From: Phallusia mammillata | Lineage: Eukaryota | Assembly (NCBI GenBank): GCA_965637545.1 | Contig: OZ281494.1 | Coordinates: 16,554,001-16,618,000 of the forward strand | DNA: 64,000 nucleotides | Reading direction: 5' to 3' | Shown here: positions 1-11,230 of the stretch, piece by piece | How the letters are laid out: the number at the start of each line of letters is the position of its first letter | How positions within the stretch are numbered: position 1 is the stretch's first letter | Position numbers and translations under genes: made by a program | The notes under the pieces: generated by a model | Database searches by the model: none | The model's input: the letters and a program-made list of their open reading frames with translations, nothing else | What the model was told of the DNA's origin: nothing

Positions 1-2217
1 AAAGCAACCGCAGGGCGACTGCACAGGCGACAGAGGCGACGCTTAATGCACTTGGGCAGCAACCGCAAGCCATTGAGAGGCAAAAAATGTCGTCGCGTCG
101 GCCGCGTGCCGGATCGAACTAGACGCGATCAAAAGTGTTTTGTTTGTCGTTCTTCGGCATGATGTAGGGAGTGGGAGTTTAACACGTGTCATGACGGGGC
201 TGTTTGTTGAACTCTATGCGCTTCCCTAGTGCGCGTTCACCCCGAAAATCTATGTGCTCCCGTCGGGCTTTTTGAAAATCGGTAAAGCGCACATTAAAGA
301 CATTTTTAACGCGCGACTCACAGTTTTATGTTGAGGAACTTCACTTTCAACAAAAAAGTCTAGGGTTGTAAAGGATGCAAGATAATGTCTAATTTGGGGC
401 TTAATTCCATTTCTTATTTTCATATGGTTCATACACTGAGAACATAACAAGAAATAAATAATCCAGGTTTTAATAGAAAAAAAACTTTTATACGCAAAAG
501 AAAGTTTTTTAATTACATTTAAAAAATTTGTAGTTTAAACTTGAGCATTGGGCGTTATATCGTTTTACAAAAATACTTGTCGTATTTTTCCGACATAGTT
601 AAACATTGCACAAAAATAGGGTCACGCTCTGAAAGTACGTCTGTCATCAAATACGCTAAAAATGAACACGGAAGGTTGAACATTTAACGCCTTTCGCTGT
701 CACAAAACCAATGACCTTGTCCGTCGCTCCACCAAGTGCTGTAGTGTCACATAAGAGCGTGAAACAGGTGCTTTTTGCGTTTTTGCCTAAAAACCAGGTG
801 TTTCTTGTCGCTATAAGTTTGATATCAAGCAGTACGGGATGAAGAGCGTTGAGAGATGTGAACCAAAAGATCTCGACAAGCCGTCAGTCTTACTCAATCA
901 CCCAAAACACCTCACTTATCGCGTCTCCCGCGCCCATGCCTTGTTGAAACTATTTCCTGATGCTTGACGGCGGACGGTATCGATTTCGCTGCCATTCTGG
1001 GACGTGCGCTAGCGGTTTGTGATGTAAGTAAGCGTCGAACGTTCTAAGCTATCGCAAGTCATCCCGGTTGCAAAAGGCCGTGTCGAAAAATGCTAAATGG
1101 ATGTTGTCCGTTAGTAAGTAAGTTTTTTTGCGTGAATGTTCACTAAAAATACACAAAGATTTGTTTCCCAAAAAGTCTATTTACGTTTGTCGCTGTAAAT
1201 AAAAACATGTCAGTGAAATTTTTCTCCGAAAACTAAACACTAAATAACTAGTTTAGGCGGGAGATTTTTCATTACCCCGAAAAGCGGAAACATTTTTTTT
1301 GAAAAATAACATTGCAAAACAGTGGCAGGTTATATTATAAGCAGAGACGCCATGGCAAAATGTCGAAACGTCAAAAAACATGGGGCAGCTACGTCAAAAG
1401 TATCATGTGAATGCAGTAGCTTTGTCAAGGGTTTCCCCGTGAAACCAGTCGAAACAATTGACACATTGGCACTTGACAATGGTTTGCAGCAGCCTCATGC
1501 CAATGTGTACAGGATACGTATATCTGAAGTGGCAGAAACTCACAGCCAAGCGTCCATGGGCCAGTGGGGCTCTTAAGCCTGTAGTTTTGTGCGCAACTTG
1601 ATTGGATAATCATTTGTTCGTGGCGTGAAGAGTCGCGACCTGGTGTTGTCAGTCGGATTCCCACGACACTTGACAGGCAAATTCATTAAACACGTCAATC
1701 TCGATGATTGACAGCTCCCTGCTTTACGTCATACACCGGTATTCGAATGCGATCCATTGTCCTATTTGTCGTAATCGTTCAGCTGATCGACAACAGCGAA
1801 GTGGGCGCCACTGAGAAAAACTCGTATGGACTGCTTACACGCTGCTTATTGTAGAAGTTAATTACAGGATAATGAAGCCGCTCTTGAGACATAACAACAC
1901 AAAGTACCATGATTGCGACAAGTGGCGTATGTAAAAACGTTGATATACCAAAACTTCTTGTTAAATTCAACGCTGTTCATGTGAGATTAAAAGATCGACC
2001 AGTTCAATAATGTTTCGTGTTTAATACCACAATAGAAATATCTTTAATGTAGTTCTTTGGGAAGTTATAAAGACCCCAACCTATTAGGCGTATACTCTAC
2101 TCAAAATGACTTGGATCGAAAAATGTTTGGTAAAATACCGCTATCCGTCAGCACTTATCTAATCATCCCATGTCCTACAACTTCCGGGCGTTGAAACTAC
2201 GGTAAATATTTGCTTAC

Positions 2218-2284
2218 CTGCACCCCAGCGATGTCGGACCGCATCAGCAATCGTGTAGAGGAGAACAAAGGCCAATAGCCGCAT
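2218..2284 (-). CDS. Possible first coding exon (signal peptide) of an unidentified secreted protein
   Basis: ATG at 2284 reads MRLLAFVLLYTIADAVRHRWGA and ends at a strong phase-1 donor CAG|GTAAGC. Upstream minus-strand exon-like blocks with good splice sites but no long ORF: donor at 4318, exon 3291-3157, acceptor at 2745. No convincing downstream coding exon was found. Confidence 0.3.
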
Positions 2285-4569
2285 GACGTCTACTTGTCCC
2301 AACAGTGCGACGCTTATCTATTTCAACTGCTGCTGATAGTTGAGTCTTTGATTTCGTTCCTCACAGCCGACGAATAGCGTGATAGTTCAAGGTCACCAGG
2401 CACTTTTGAGAGTTTACAAGAAAAACTAAATTACTCCTTTGCCCAGCGTCTGGTGTCAACAGTGCCATTCGTCACTGAACGCCGGGAAATCTTGTAGAAG
2501 TCTGGCCGCAGCGCACTCACTAAAAACTGGCGGCTTCGACCCGGGCTGGCTGTTGTTTAGGATTCGCTTGTTGCGTCAATCAACGCGATCGTTCTGGCAA
2601 AGACACCACGGACAGTGTCGTGTCACAACAGATAGAGCGATGAGCGAATCAAAATAGAAAATACCGTCGCTTGTGTTACTACTTTTGTTTCGGTGAATGT
2701 CTACTTGAATCGTTGTCAACGGTTTTCTGCTCAAATTGTCATCACCTAAAAAATAGAAAATTAAATCTAGCTGAAAAATGTCGACAAAATAGGCTAACGC
2801 AAACACGAACGTCAATCGTTACATACAGCGTCCTTCCATAAACAAGTAACAAACAACCCATTTTTAAGGTAAATGGCAATTTTCGAACCCCCGCCGAAGG
2901 TACTATTTCTGTATCTGCACACAAGAATTTTATTCTGACAAGTTTCGAAATTTCGCTTTTATGCACGATTCGTGTATTACTAAATTTATGGGTTTAACCT
3001 TTCACATGGTTTAGAATCTGTTTTCTAGAGTTTATAAAAGAGAGAAATGTTACGTTTGATAGCTTCGTTTCTCCCAAATTAGCGGATGTACTGCACTGAC
3101 AAGGCAACACAACGGAAATGACAAAATAAGCTTAAGGTCTTCATCAATCACCTCACCTAGCTGTGAAACAACAAACAAGACAGAAGAAAAGTCCTTCGAG
3201 TACTTTCTTTATCCTGAAAACTCGAGAGCAACCGTCGGACGTTGTGGAGTTCTGGTTCCGTTGCTTTACTAGTGTAAACCTCAGAAACTATCTGTTGTAG
3301 TAGGAAAAAAAACAATAACCACTGCCGCAGTGGCGCGAAGAAACAAGGGCTCGCAAATTTGCTTGTGTGACCGCCTGCTTTGTACACTGTTTAACTTGCC
3401 GGTTTCGGTAAATGATTCATTTTCAAAGACACCGCGCTCTTTATATATAAGTCAGCGTTGTGTCACTACAGAAAAAAGAAAAAGAAAAACTTATATTAGC
3501 GGCTGTGTATATATAAGAGCGTCTGAAGCTAAAGTAGTTTGCAGCACTTCTGATGTGCGTTTGTACAACGGTCAGAAACTCAGAAAGCAAGAACGTGCTA
3601 AGCCTGTGTCTGTCGCCTCGACGTGTGTTTGCGAGCTCGGCGTGGCTTGACAAGAGCCGCGGTCGCCCTAAAACCGACTTTGTTTATGTGAGCAAACACG
3701 AGAGCGGACGGTGATTGACAAATATATTCAATGGTTTCAAGTCAACGTGGGCGAGAATCGGGGATTGGTAATGGCGGTTGTGATTTGTAATAATGGCCAC
3801 CCATCGACAATGTCGTCTAGCATAGTGACGTCAACGTCTGTGTTGGTCATGGAGTAATGCGTATAGGAGATGTCGAACGTGGGAAAACCGGGAACGCCTG
3901 ATCACCCAGAACACAAACAACTGACGTCACTGGGGTTGATGCCTTTGTTTGGAGCTCAGTGTTCCTTATGCCGACGCGCCATACTCAGTAAGGCAGTGAC
4001 CCGAGTATATATTGAACTCACAGCAATCTTTTGTGCGTTATCTCGGCAGCTTGAGTCCACCTTCTTAAGTGGGCTTATCGAGCTTTGTAAACTCACTAAC
4101 GATGCTACTGTTTAAGCCTTAGCGAAATTCAGGCTCGCTCAACAAAAATCCTAAACTTAACAAACAAGAACAAAATAAAAAAAAACATTCGTAACAAAGG
4201 ACATAGACCTTAAGCTTTTATGATTTTATGGTACTTAAACACAAAATCGGCAACAACATTTACTATAAACGCGCATTTTATTAGTGATTGCTACATAACA
4301 CTTGAAGATAAGCTTACCCTAGGGCAAATGTTGAACAATTGCTAGCTTGGGAATATCAAAATCAAGACAAAGCAGCTAATACACGGTGAAAAACTCTGCA
4401 AATCTTAATAATTTTCTCGAAACTCTTGGTTGTTATTGTTTCGTTGTACGTTCGAAATTACAACATGTCAACGAACTTCCGCTTCTACGTGTTAAAAACT
4501 GACGATCCGTTGGCGATCGTCATTTTGTCAGTCAACGCGAAACGTCGACTTATTAAAAAAGTTCCATTC

Positions 4570-4610
4570 TCAGCCAATAAAGGCTTACCCCACGTCACCT
4601 TACGTCACTT
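4570..4610. promoter_or_regulatory. CCAAT box plus two CRE-like half sites; candidate promoter
   Basis: CCAAT at 4574-4578, CACGTCA at 4591-4597 and TTACGTCA at 4600-4607, just upstream of the most 5' minus-strand exon-like block (donor at 4318). Confidence 0.35.
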
Positions 4611-6194
4611 GTTGAACTTGTGGCTTTGAACAAAACGCCTGTTTCTCACGAGGCAATTGAAATTCACCTCAATGCGCAATAAGGCGCTTTAATGGGGTCA
4701 GCGGTTAACGATATTTCGCTGTTCGACAAGCTCTTGGAGTTAAGGCGAAAAGGCCACGCAGTCTGAACTAACTTGTAAAACAGCGGGTGAAATTTAACTA
4801 CGTTTCAACTTCAAAAGTGCTCAAAGGTCGGACCAACAAGGTGTCATAGGATGTTGACACAAGTGCAGGTCGAGATCTGCGCTTTAGTAAACTCATTAAG
4901 TAAACAGGCGTTGACCTAGATGCGTATTACCACCGGTTCAGATCCATTATAGTTACGCAACTACGAGTACCACCGGCACGCCAGGGAAAGACCCTTGATT
5001 GCCTAGCCAAGGCCTAATGGAGATAACACTTATTATTTTTGGTCGAAGTTATACGGTGCCTTGGTAACAACTGTATACTGATATTGATTGCTAACATTTG
5101 CTTTGTATTCTTTACACAGATTGAGACGCCAATGACTCACAGATTTTTGAGAAGTCTTATCAAACGTTGCAAAATGTTATGTTGGCATAGGCTATTCTTT
5201 TCTTCACCATGTTAGCGATTTGAATTTAGATAACGTCTCCAACCGAATAATCTAACATACAAGAGTTTTAATAGCAGGTACATAGACGTGCTAATTTTTA
5301 CCTTCACCTGTTTGGCGCGACTAAATGACATACATGCTAAACCGTGCGAACCCCAAGGATTGGCACAGGGGGGCATCGATCTATACCTATTGAGTCTGCA
5401 GTTATCTAGAAAGCTGAAGCAAAGTGATTGAAAATTTGGGTTATTGAACACAAATCTTCAGGATTAGGTGTAAGAGGCAATTTTGGCAGCTAGCTGAAAT
5501 CATAGCAGCTTAGAGAATAACTATTATGATTTTGATCCGAACAAAGGCTTTAGAGGTGGCCGATGGCTGGGGACCACAGACCATGAAGGATTACTTCATA
5601 CAAATTCATTTTTGTTGCAGACTTTAGTTTTAGTCATTTTTGTGAATATGCAAATTATGAAATATTAGGACGCTCAAACTGCATTTGCACACACCGTAAT
5701 CTACTCACCTTATGAGTAAATCAATTTGCTCTCTTTATGCTGTCTTTCCTGTAGGCCTATCTCTTGATCGCCATCGAGTGTCCACAAAACACACACAGGT
5801 TTTCCAACCATTTTAAACGTGCAACAACGAAACAGTTATATTATATTACTTTATATTACTGTGCAATACAACAAAAAAATTAAGGAACTTGTCGAATATA
5901 GCATTACTTGAAAATTGGATACCAAGGCTCTTTTCATAGCGACTTTGGAGAGAAAATATTGGTGTAACAATTTGTTTAAATTTTACAACTCAACACAGTA
6001 AACTGCACAAAGTTAGCTAGATATTTGCAATTTGTCACATCAGGATCCTGGTATCACACCCCAAAACGACCAATACCAAACATTGTTAAACCAAAAATGC
6101 AAACAAATTTCCAAGCCCCATATTAAAGTACACGAAGTTTTCCAAGCAGTGATATTGCCTATGACACAAGAAGATTTGTCAGGAAAAAAGATTT

Positions 6195-9100
6195 TCACAA
6201 CAGCCCAAGTCTCATCGGATTTTCCATATTCCTCTTAAAACTCGTCAAAAACTTCGATGCTGTTTCGTCATCAACCACTCGCGCGTCACTGCTCATCGTC
6301 ACCGTCATCACCTGTTGAACTTCCGGTGACGAGGTAGTGACGTCATCGGCCTGCTGCTCTGAGGAAGTTAGTTTAAGACGCGTTGCACCTACAGCCATGA
6401 TGCAGGCCTGAGGTGGGTTGATAACAGCAGTGAATTCGCGAATCCCAAACATCCCGAGGTTGGAGATTCTGTAAAAGACAAGGTAATGATTGACAGCGGA
6501 TGCAACTTACACTGAAAAACCTAGCTACTTTGAAAAACGAAATGCTAGTTTCAGTATGATTTTCCAAGTCGCGCTCGGGACAAACAGATGTAATCAAATT
6601 GGGTAGAATCGTAAAGCTATGGGTGTTTTATGTCAGTCTGATTGATGCTGACTTATATTTTAAATAATATAACTCTGATACGCATATTTCCCTTGTTATT
6701 TACATTCGAACCTCCCGCGTATTCAGTGATAACTGTCTTCATATTGCAATTTAAGATACACAATTCACGGTTTTGAAGATTCTTACAAGAAATATTTCAT
6801 GCAAATATACTGGCTTGTTTGTTTCTTGTAGCAATTTAAGATATTTTATAACATAAATCGTCAGCTTATTGCCACGAATATCAGTAATAAAAGGTTTTAA
6901 AAATAAAAGCACAGAAAGAGTGCCCGTAAAGTTAAAGGCGATTTCAGTGTCTAAAACTCACGTAAATGTGCCTCCCTGAAATTCCTGAGGTTTTAATCTC
7001 CCTTCCCTGGCTCTTCCAGCCAACTCTCGAACCTCCTCCGAAATTTCGGTTAAGCCTTTCGATCCAGCGTCCTGGAAAAAGGGTATATACACGATTTACC
7101 AAATTTCCTTTGAGCAAAATGTACTTGATTGTTTTTCAAAATGGCAAAGCCTTGGTTGAAATACCAAATTGCGTCTTAAATAAGTCGTTTTGCCTGGTTC
7201 CACCCCAAAACGAAACTAATCCGACTGTTTTTATCGATGTTTGGGGCTTTACTTTATGTTTACTAGAAACAAGTACCCCACCTTGACAATGGGCGTAATT
7301 AGCCCACCGTCGGTTGCTACGGCAACGGACACATCAGCTTTTGTGGCAGTTTTAACTTCTTGTCCATTCCACACACAGTTCACTTCAGGATTTTGTCGCA
7401 GCGAAACTGCAGCGGCTTTGATAATGAAATCGTTCACCGATACTTTTATACCATCTGTGATAAAAGCAATAAAGAACATACGAAATCAGTGGTTACCGAC
7501 ATATTCCTTGAACATAAGCCTTCTATGATATAATGACTATAGAAACAACAACGATTTTTTTTCTCCTTTTTCTACACGCAAAGTTGTACGTTTTCTTAAA
7601 ATAAGAGTGTGAATAAAAAACGAAAAAAATCTGTATCCACATTGTAACAGAGTTTGCTTTCGTAAGGTGTGTGAAAAACTCTTTGTTAAATCCTAAGAAT
7701 CTCGCTTTTTTTCATTTTTACAAGACTTGGGACCAATTCATGCGGGTCGTGATGGAAGTCACTGCACTTTACCTTGTCGTAATTCTTTCCGGAGTTTCAA
7801 GATCTTGTCCAAACAACAGTCGATTGATGAGTAAGCGTGTGGAATGCTCTGTTTGGACTCGGTCAAGCGTTTGGCGATAACTTTCCTTACATTACTCATA
7901 TCCACGTCCACGAAAGTCTGTTCCTATTTAAAGAACAACGGGTGTTACTTAAGACGGTAATTGGGTGACATGTCACACATTTCAAAAAGCAGACCACCCA
8001 AACTGGTATTTACTTGGAATGAATAATACATTTTTTACTTTTCCCAACAAGGCAGCCATTTCAAAAAGTTGCAAGCATCCTGAAATCACGGTTGTGTGGT
8101 TTTGGTATTACCGTTTTGCTGGTTGAAGCTGGTGCTGATACTTCTTTGTCACTTTTCAATGCTGTGGAAGTTACTTTGGGAGTTTTGTCTGTTTGAGTGG
8201 GGGAAGAGATGGATGGAACCTCTGATGTAATCTTCACAGGGCTTATGTTGTTTTGAGCAACATATTTAAGGACGTCCCTACAAAAACAATTGTAATGTAG
8301 AATGCTGAGAAGAGTGACGCATTATAAGTGGAGTGGAGCATTGTTATGCTTACTTTAACATAAAATTACAAAAAATGCACAAACCCTTTAAGCAGTATTC
8401 CTTTAGGGCCCGTTGCTTCTACTTTGTTGCCATCTATGCTGTATTGTAGCAATGCTTGCCTGACAGCAGGTGAAAGTAAAGAGCTGGAAAAAAATGGTAA
8501 TAAACTACTAGCAACCGAAAGTACTCAATTCGAATGGGGAAAGTATTTTCTCATTGTTGCAATTTTCCTGTCTAGTAAACTAAAAATAACTTTTTTAATT
8601 TTTACAGTTTTTGAGATATAATTAAAAGTAGGAATGATACCTTCTTTCAGATGAAGGTAGTGATATGTCTGGTGAACTGTCTGCTTCCGTAACGGAAACA
8701 GGGTCACTAGTTGAAGGAAGTTGATCGATCTTCATTGAAGCTGCTGCCTCAATGTTCTCATCTTCTTCAGCCAATATTGCGATTGGTACATTAATCTTTA
8801 CATTTTTGGATCCTTCTGGTATCTAGTAATATTTTGTACAGTATTATTTATTTGGGTAAATTTTAAATACAGCAAGATGGTTCAACTTTAAAAAAAGAAT
8901 AAAAAACAAATATCATTCATATATACCTATAATACAAACACCAAAATGCCAGTTATAAATAGTAAAAGTGCCTGCACTATTACATGGAAACCATGTTAAA
9001 ATGCTAATTGCATAATCTTCAGATGGTGGAAATCGAAAACACAGCCTTGAAGACTTGAGATATTTTGGCAAAATTTGAAGTAAGCTTATAGTAGCGCTAT

Positions 9101-9551
9101 TAGCCAGTACAAATAGTTTTTGCAGTCATTTATATTTCTTTCTTAAACAAACCAAAATTTTAGCCAAAGTTCCCTCTTCATTCGCCTCCATGGTTACCAC
9201 AGCTTTATCAGTTTCCACTTCACACATGGCATCACCAACCTCCACTTGGTCACCTGGTGATATTACAATTGAGGTATTTTCTTACAAACAAAAAGTCTGA
9301 CAAAATTTCAGATGTAGTACCAACTGCTATAAGCCATTTCACAATGGTGCCTTCCTCCATGGTTGGTGACAATGCCGGCATCTGTACTTGTATTGGGGCT
9401 GCACATAAAAATCAGATTTGTTTTTACCTTATACATTCCCAATTATAAATGTGCACATTTTAAACCTACAGCATACTGATGTTGCAGTAAATAGCTGCCT
9501 CCTTCTTAAGGCAAAAGTAAAGCAAGCTCGCAGCAGTCGAGTAGCTGACAT
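6195..9551 (-). CDS. PDHX: Pyruvate dehydrogenase complex component X (E3-binding protein), 10 exons
   Basis: Phase-consistent exons 9551-9470, 9398-9321, 9253-9153, 8822-8641, 8483-8385, 8277-8112, 7923-7773, 7454-7282, 7071-6962, 6468-6195. Contains a mitochondrial transit peptide ([21 protein letters not shown]), lipoyl domain ([11 protein letters not shown]...ETDKAVV), E3-binding domain (LSPAVR...[12 protein letters not shown]) and C-terminal [23 protein letters not shown]...ENPMRLGLL, which lacks the catalytic DHR His motif of E2. Confidence 0.95.
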
Positions 9552-9600
9552 ATCAAGATTTACATTTAGTTTTCAAACACAGTAGAATGTCATGATGTAA

Positions 9601-9625
9601 CCTGTAATGCAAACAATAATGTGCA
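9601..9625 (-). other. Probable trans-splice acceptor between VCPKMT and PDHX
   Basis: Minus strand reads cacattattgtttgcattacAG|gttac, 50 nt upstream of the PDHX ATG and within the 275-bp gap after the VCPKMT stop. Confidence 0.5.
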
Positions 9626-9826
9626 TAATCCTTTGGGCAGTAATGGTAAAAGTAAAGCAAACATGTTTCAAACAAGAATAAAGGCAATCTCAGACAAGTT
9701 TTCGTATTGCTAAAGGTTACACATAAACGAGGAAATGTTAAATAATACACAAACCACAATATCAGACACTGGACAAGTATGTGCTGTGTACAGGCTTGTC
9801 ATTTTCAATGGAAGCCCACAATAAAG

Positions 9827-10594
9827 CTACTGAGAAATACATATGATTGAAATATCATTGCTGCGATATACTTCATGCATTTCACAAATAGGAATATAGG
9901 TTATGACCAAATTATGCACATTTTTAAGCAAATTTAAAAACATTTCCAGCAACTCCTTTTTGTTTCCAGTCTCCCTGTGTTCAAAGGAACACAAAATTTC
10001 AACTTCTGATAAAGACTTGAACAAGTGCACAATTGTGTCAACCAATAATTTAACACCATCCTCATAATAAACACAATCGGCTATGAGAATACAGACTGGT
10101 GTAGGTGCAAATTGAGCCAAATAATTAACTGTTTTTGCCATGTCTTTTTGATTGCCCCATTCCAGTGTCATAGCTCCCACTGATCCCTTTTCAAAAGAAA
10201 ATATTTTGGCGTCCAATATTTCTTTGTACTTTTGAGAAATGTGATTGACGGCACTGTCTACTGCAGTTAGATTGCACTTAATGTTTTGCCTAATGTTTTC
10301 AACTAAAAGAGGTATATATTTTTGCAAATCTGTCAACAAAACCATTTCCGCCCCAACAGTCTTTGCAGCTAACCCAACAGCCCCTGTTCCAGCACCAAGT
10401 TCAATCACATGTTTTCCCATTACATGCTTTCTTCCTTTTGTGGTAATCAAGTATTTGAGAAGAACGATCCCTGCATCCCATAAAACACAACCACATTCTC
10501 CTTCTTCCAGTTGTAGAATGGACAACGTTGTGTTTTTCCCAGACGGCCCGAGTTCAATTTCAACCTCTCTTATAAACGTATTATCAATTTCCAT
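9827..10594 (-). CDS. VCPKMT: VCP lysine methyltransferase (METTL21D), intronless
   Basis: 255-aa ORF with GCVLWDAGIVLLKYL, SAM-binding VIELGAGTGAVG, ILIADCVYYE and C-terminal HEVYRSNDISII, all characteristic of VCPKMT/METTL21D. Acceptor cccttgcAG lies 2 nt before the ATG. Confidence 0.92.
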   Translation of the reverse strand: MEIDNTFIREVEIELGPSGKNTTLSILQLEEGECGCVLWDAGIVLLKYLITTKGRKHVMGKHVIELGAGTGAVGLAAKTVGAEMVLLTDLQKYIPLLVENIRQNIKCNLTAVDSAVNHISQKYKEILDAKIFSFEKGSVGAMTLEWGNQKDMAKTVNYLAQFAPTPVCILIADCVYYEDGVKLLVDTIVHLFKSLSEVEILCSFEHRETGNKKELLEMFLNLLKNVHNLVITYIPICEMHEVYRSNDISIICISQ

Positions 10595-10598
10595 TGCT

Positions 10599-11210
10599 GC
10601 AAGGGTTCATAAATTAAAGCAAGGCGTTTATATAACGAATCGGCTGTTCAGGGTTTTCTGCTACAAGTTCAAGCTAATTCATTAGTATCTCTGTCATTCT
10701 GAAATTACACTGTACAATTCCGGCAATCTGAAACCTGAGGTCATCGTATATTGTGTCCTCTGTTGACAGCGTTATTTTACGTACAGGGTTTCAAAATTAC
10801 TTTGAAATTCCGCAAAGTGAAATCATTATTATTCGTCCTTTTAATTGTAACCAACCATGGAGTTGATGAGCATTAGTCAAATGTTTACATGAAAATGATT
10901 TTTTTGTTACATGTGTTAGTCGCGCAGGTATTTTTTGCCTAAAGTATACATATGATTTTAGACGTGGTTCTGTTGCAATTTCTAGACCTCATCGGAACAA
11001 AATAGATTCGTCACGCTCAGCTTCACACACTCATACAACTTTACATTTCAAGTAGAAAGTGAAAAAATGCCACTTTTTTTACCGTATGTTATGTAAATTG
11101 TCAACCGCTTGTTCGGCATCTTCTTCTGTGTTATCTAATTTTTTTTTAAATAATTGGCGTACTGTTAACCAAACTTTTAGCATTAATTTTTAGAGTTGTT
11201 TTTTTTTTAG
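10599..11210. promoter_or_regulatory. Bidirectional promoter region (VCPKMT/PDHX vs DHX8)
   Basis: Head-to-head ATGs at 10594 (-) and 11231 (+), about 640 bp apart, each preceded by a pyrimidine tract and AG (10598-10597 and 11209-11210). Confidence 0.55.
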
Positions 11211-11230
11211 CCACGAATTTGTGAAAAAAC

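Noticed and set aside
1-130. GC-rich GCGAC/GTCGC-rich sequence at the window start
   Set aside because: Possibly a repeat end, but truncated by the window edge and not assignable.
1322-1664. Overlapping 79-84-aa ORFs on both strands (AGYIISRDAM; TIVKCQCVNC in another minus frame)
   Set aside because: Only short motif resemblances (galactosyltransferase-like, cystine-knot-like); neither could be extended into a domain with consistent splice phases.
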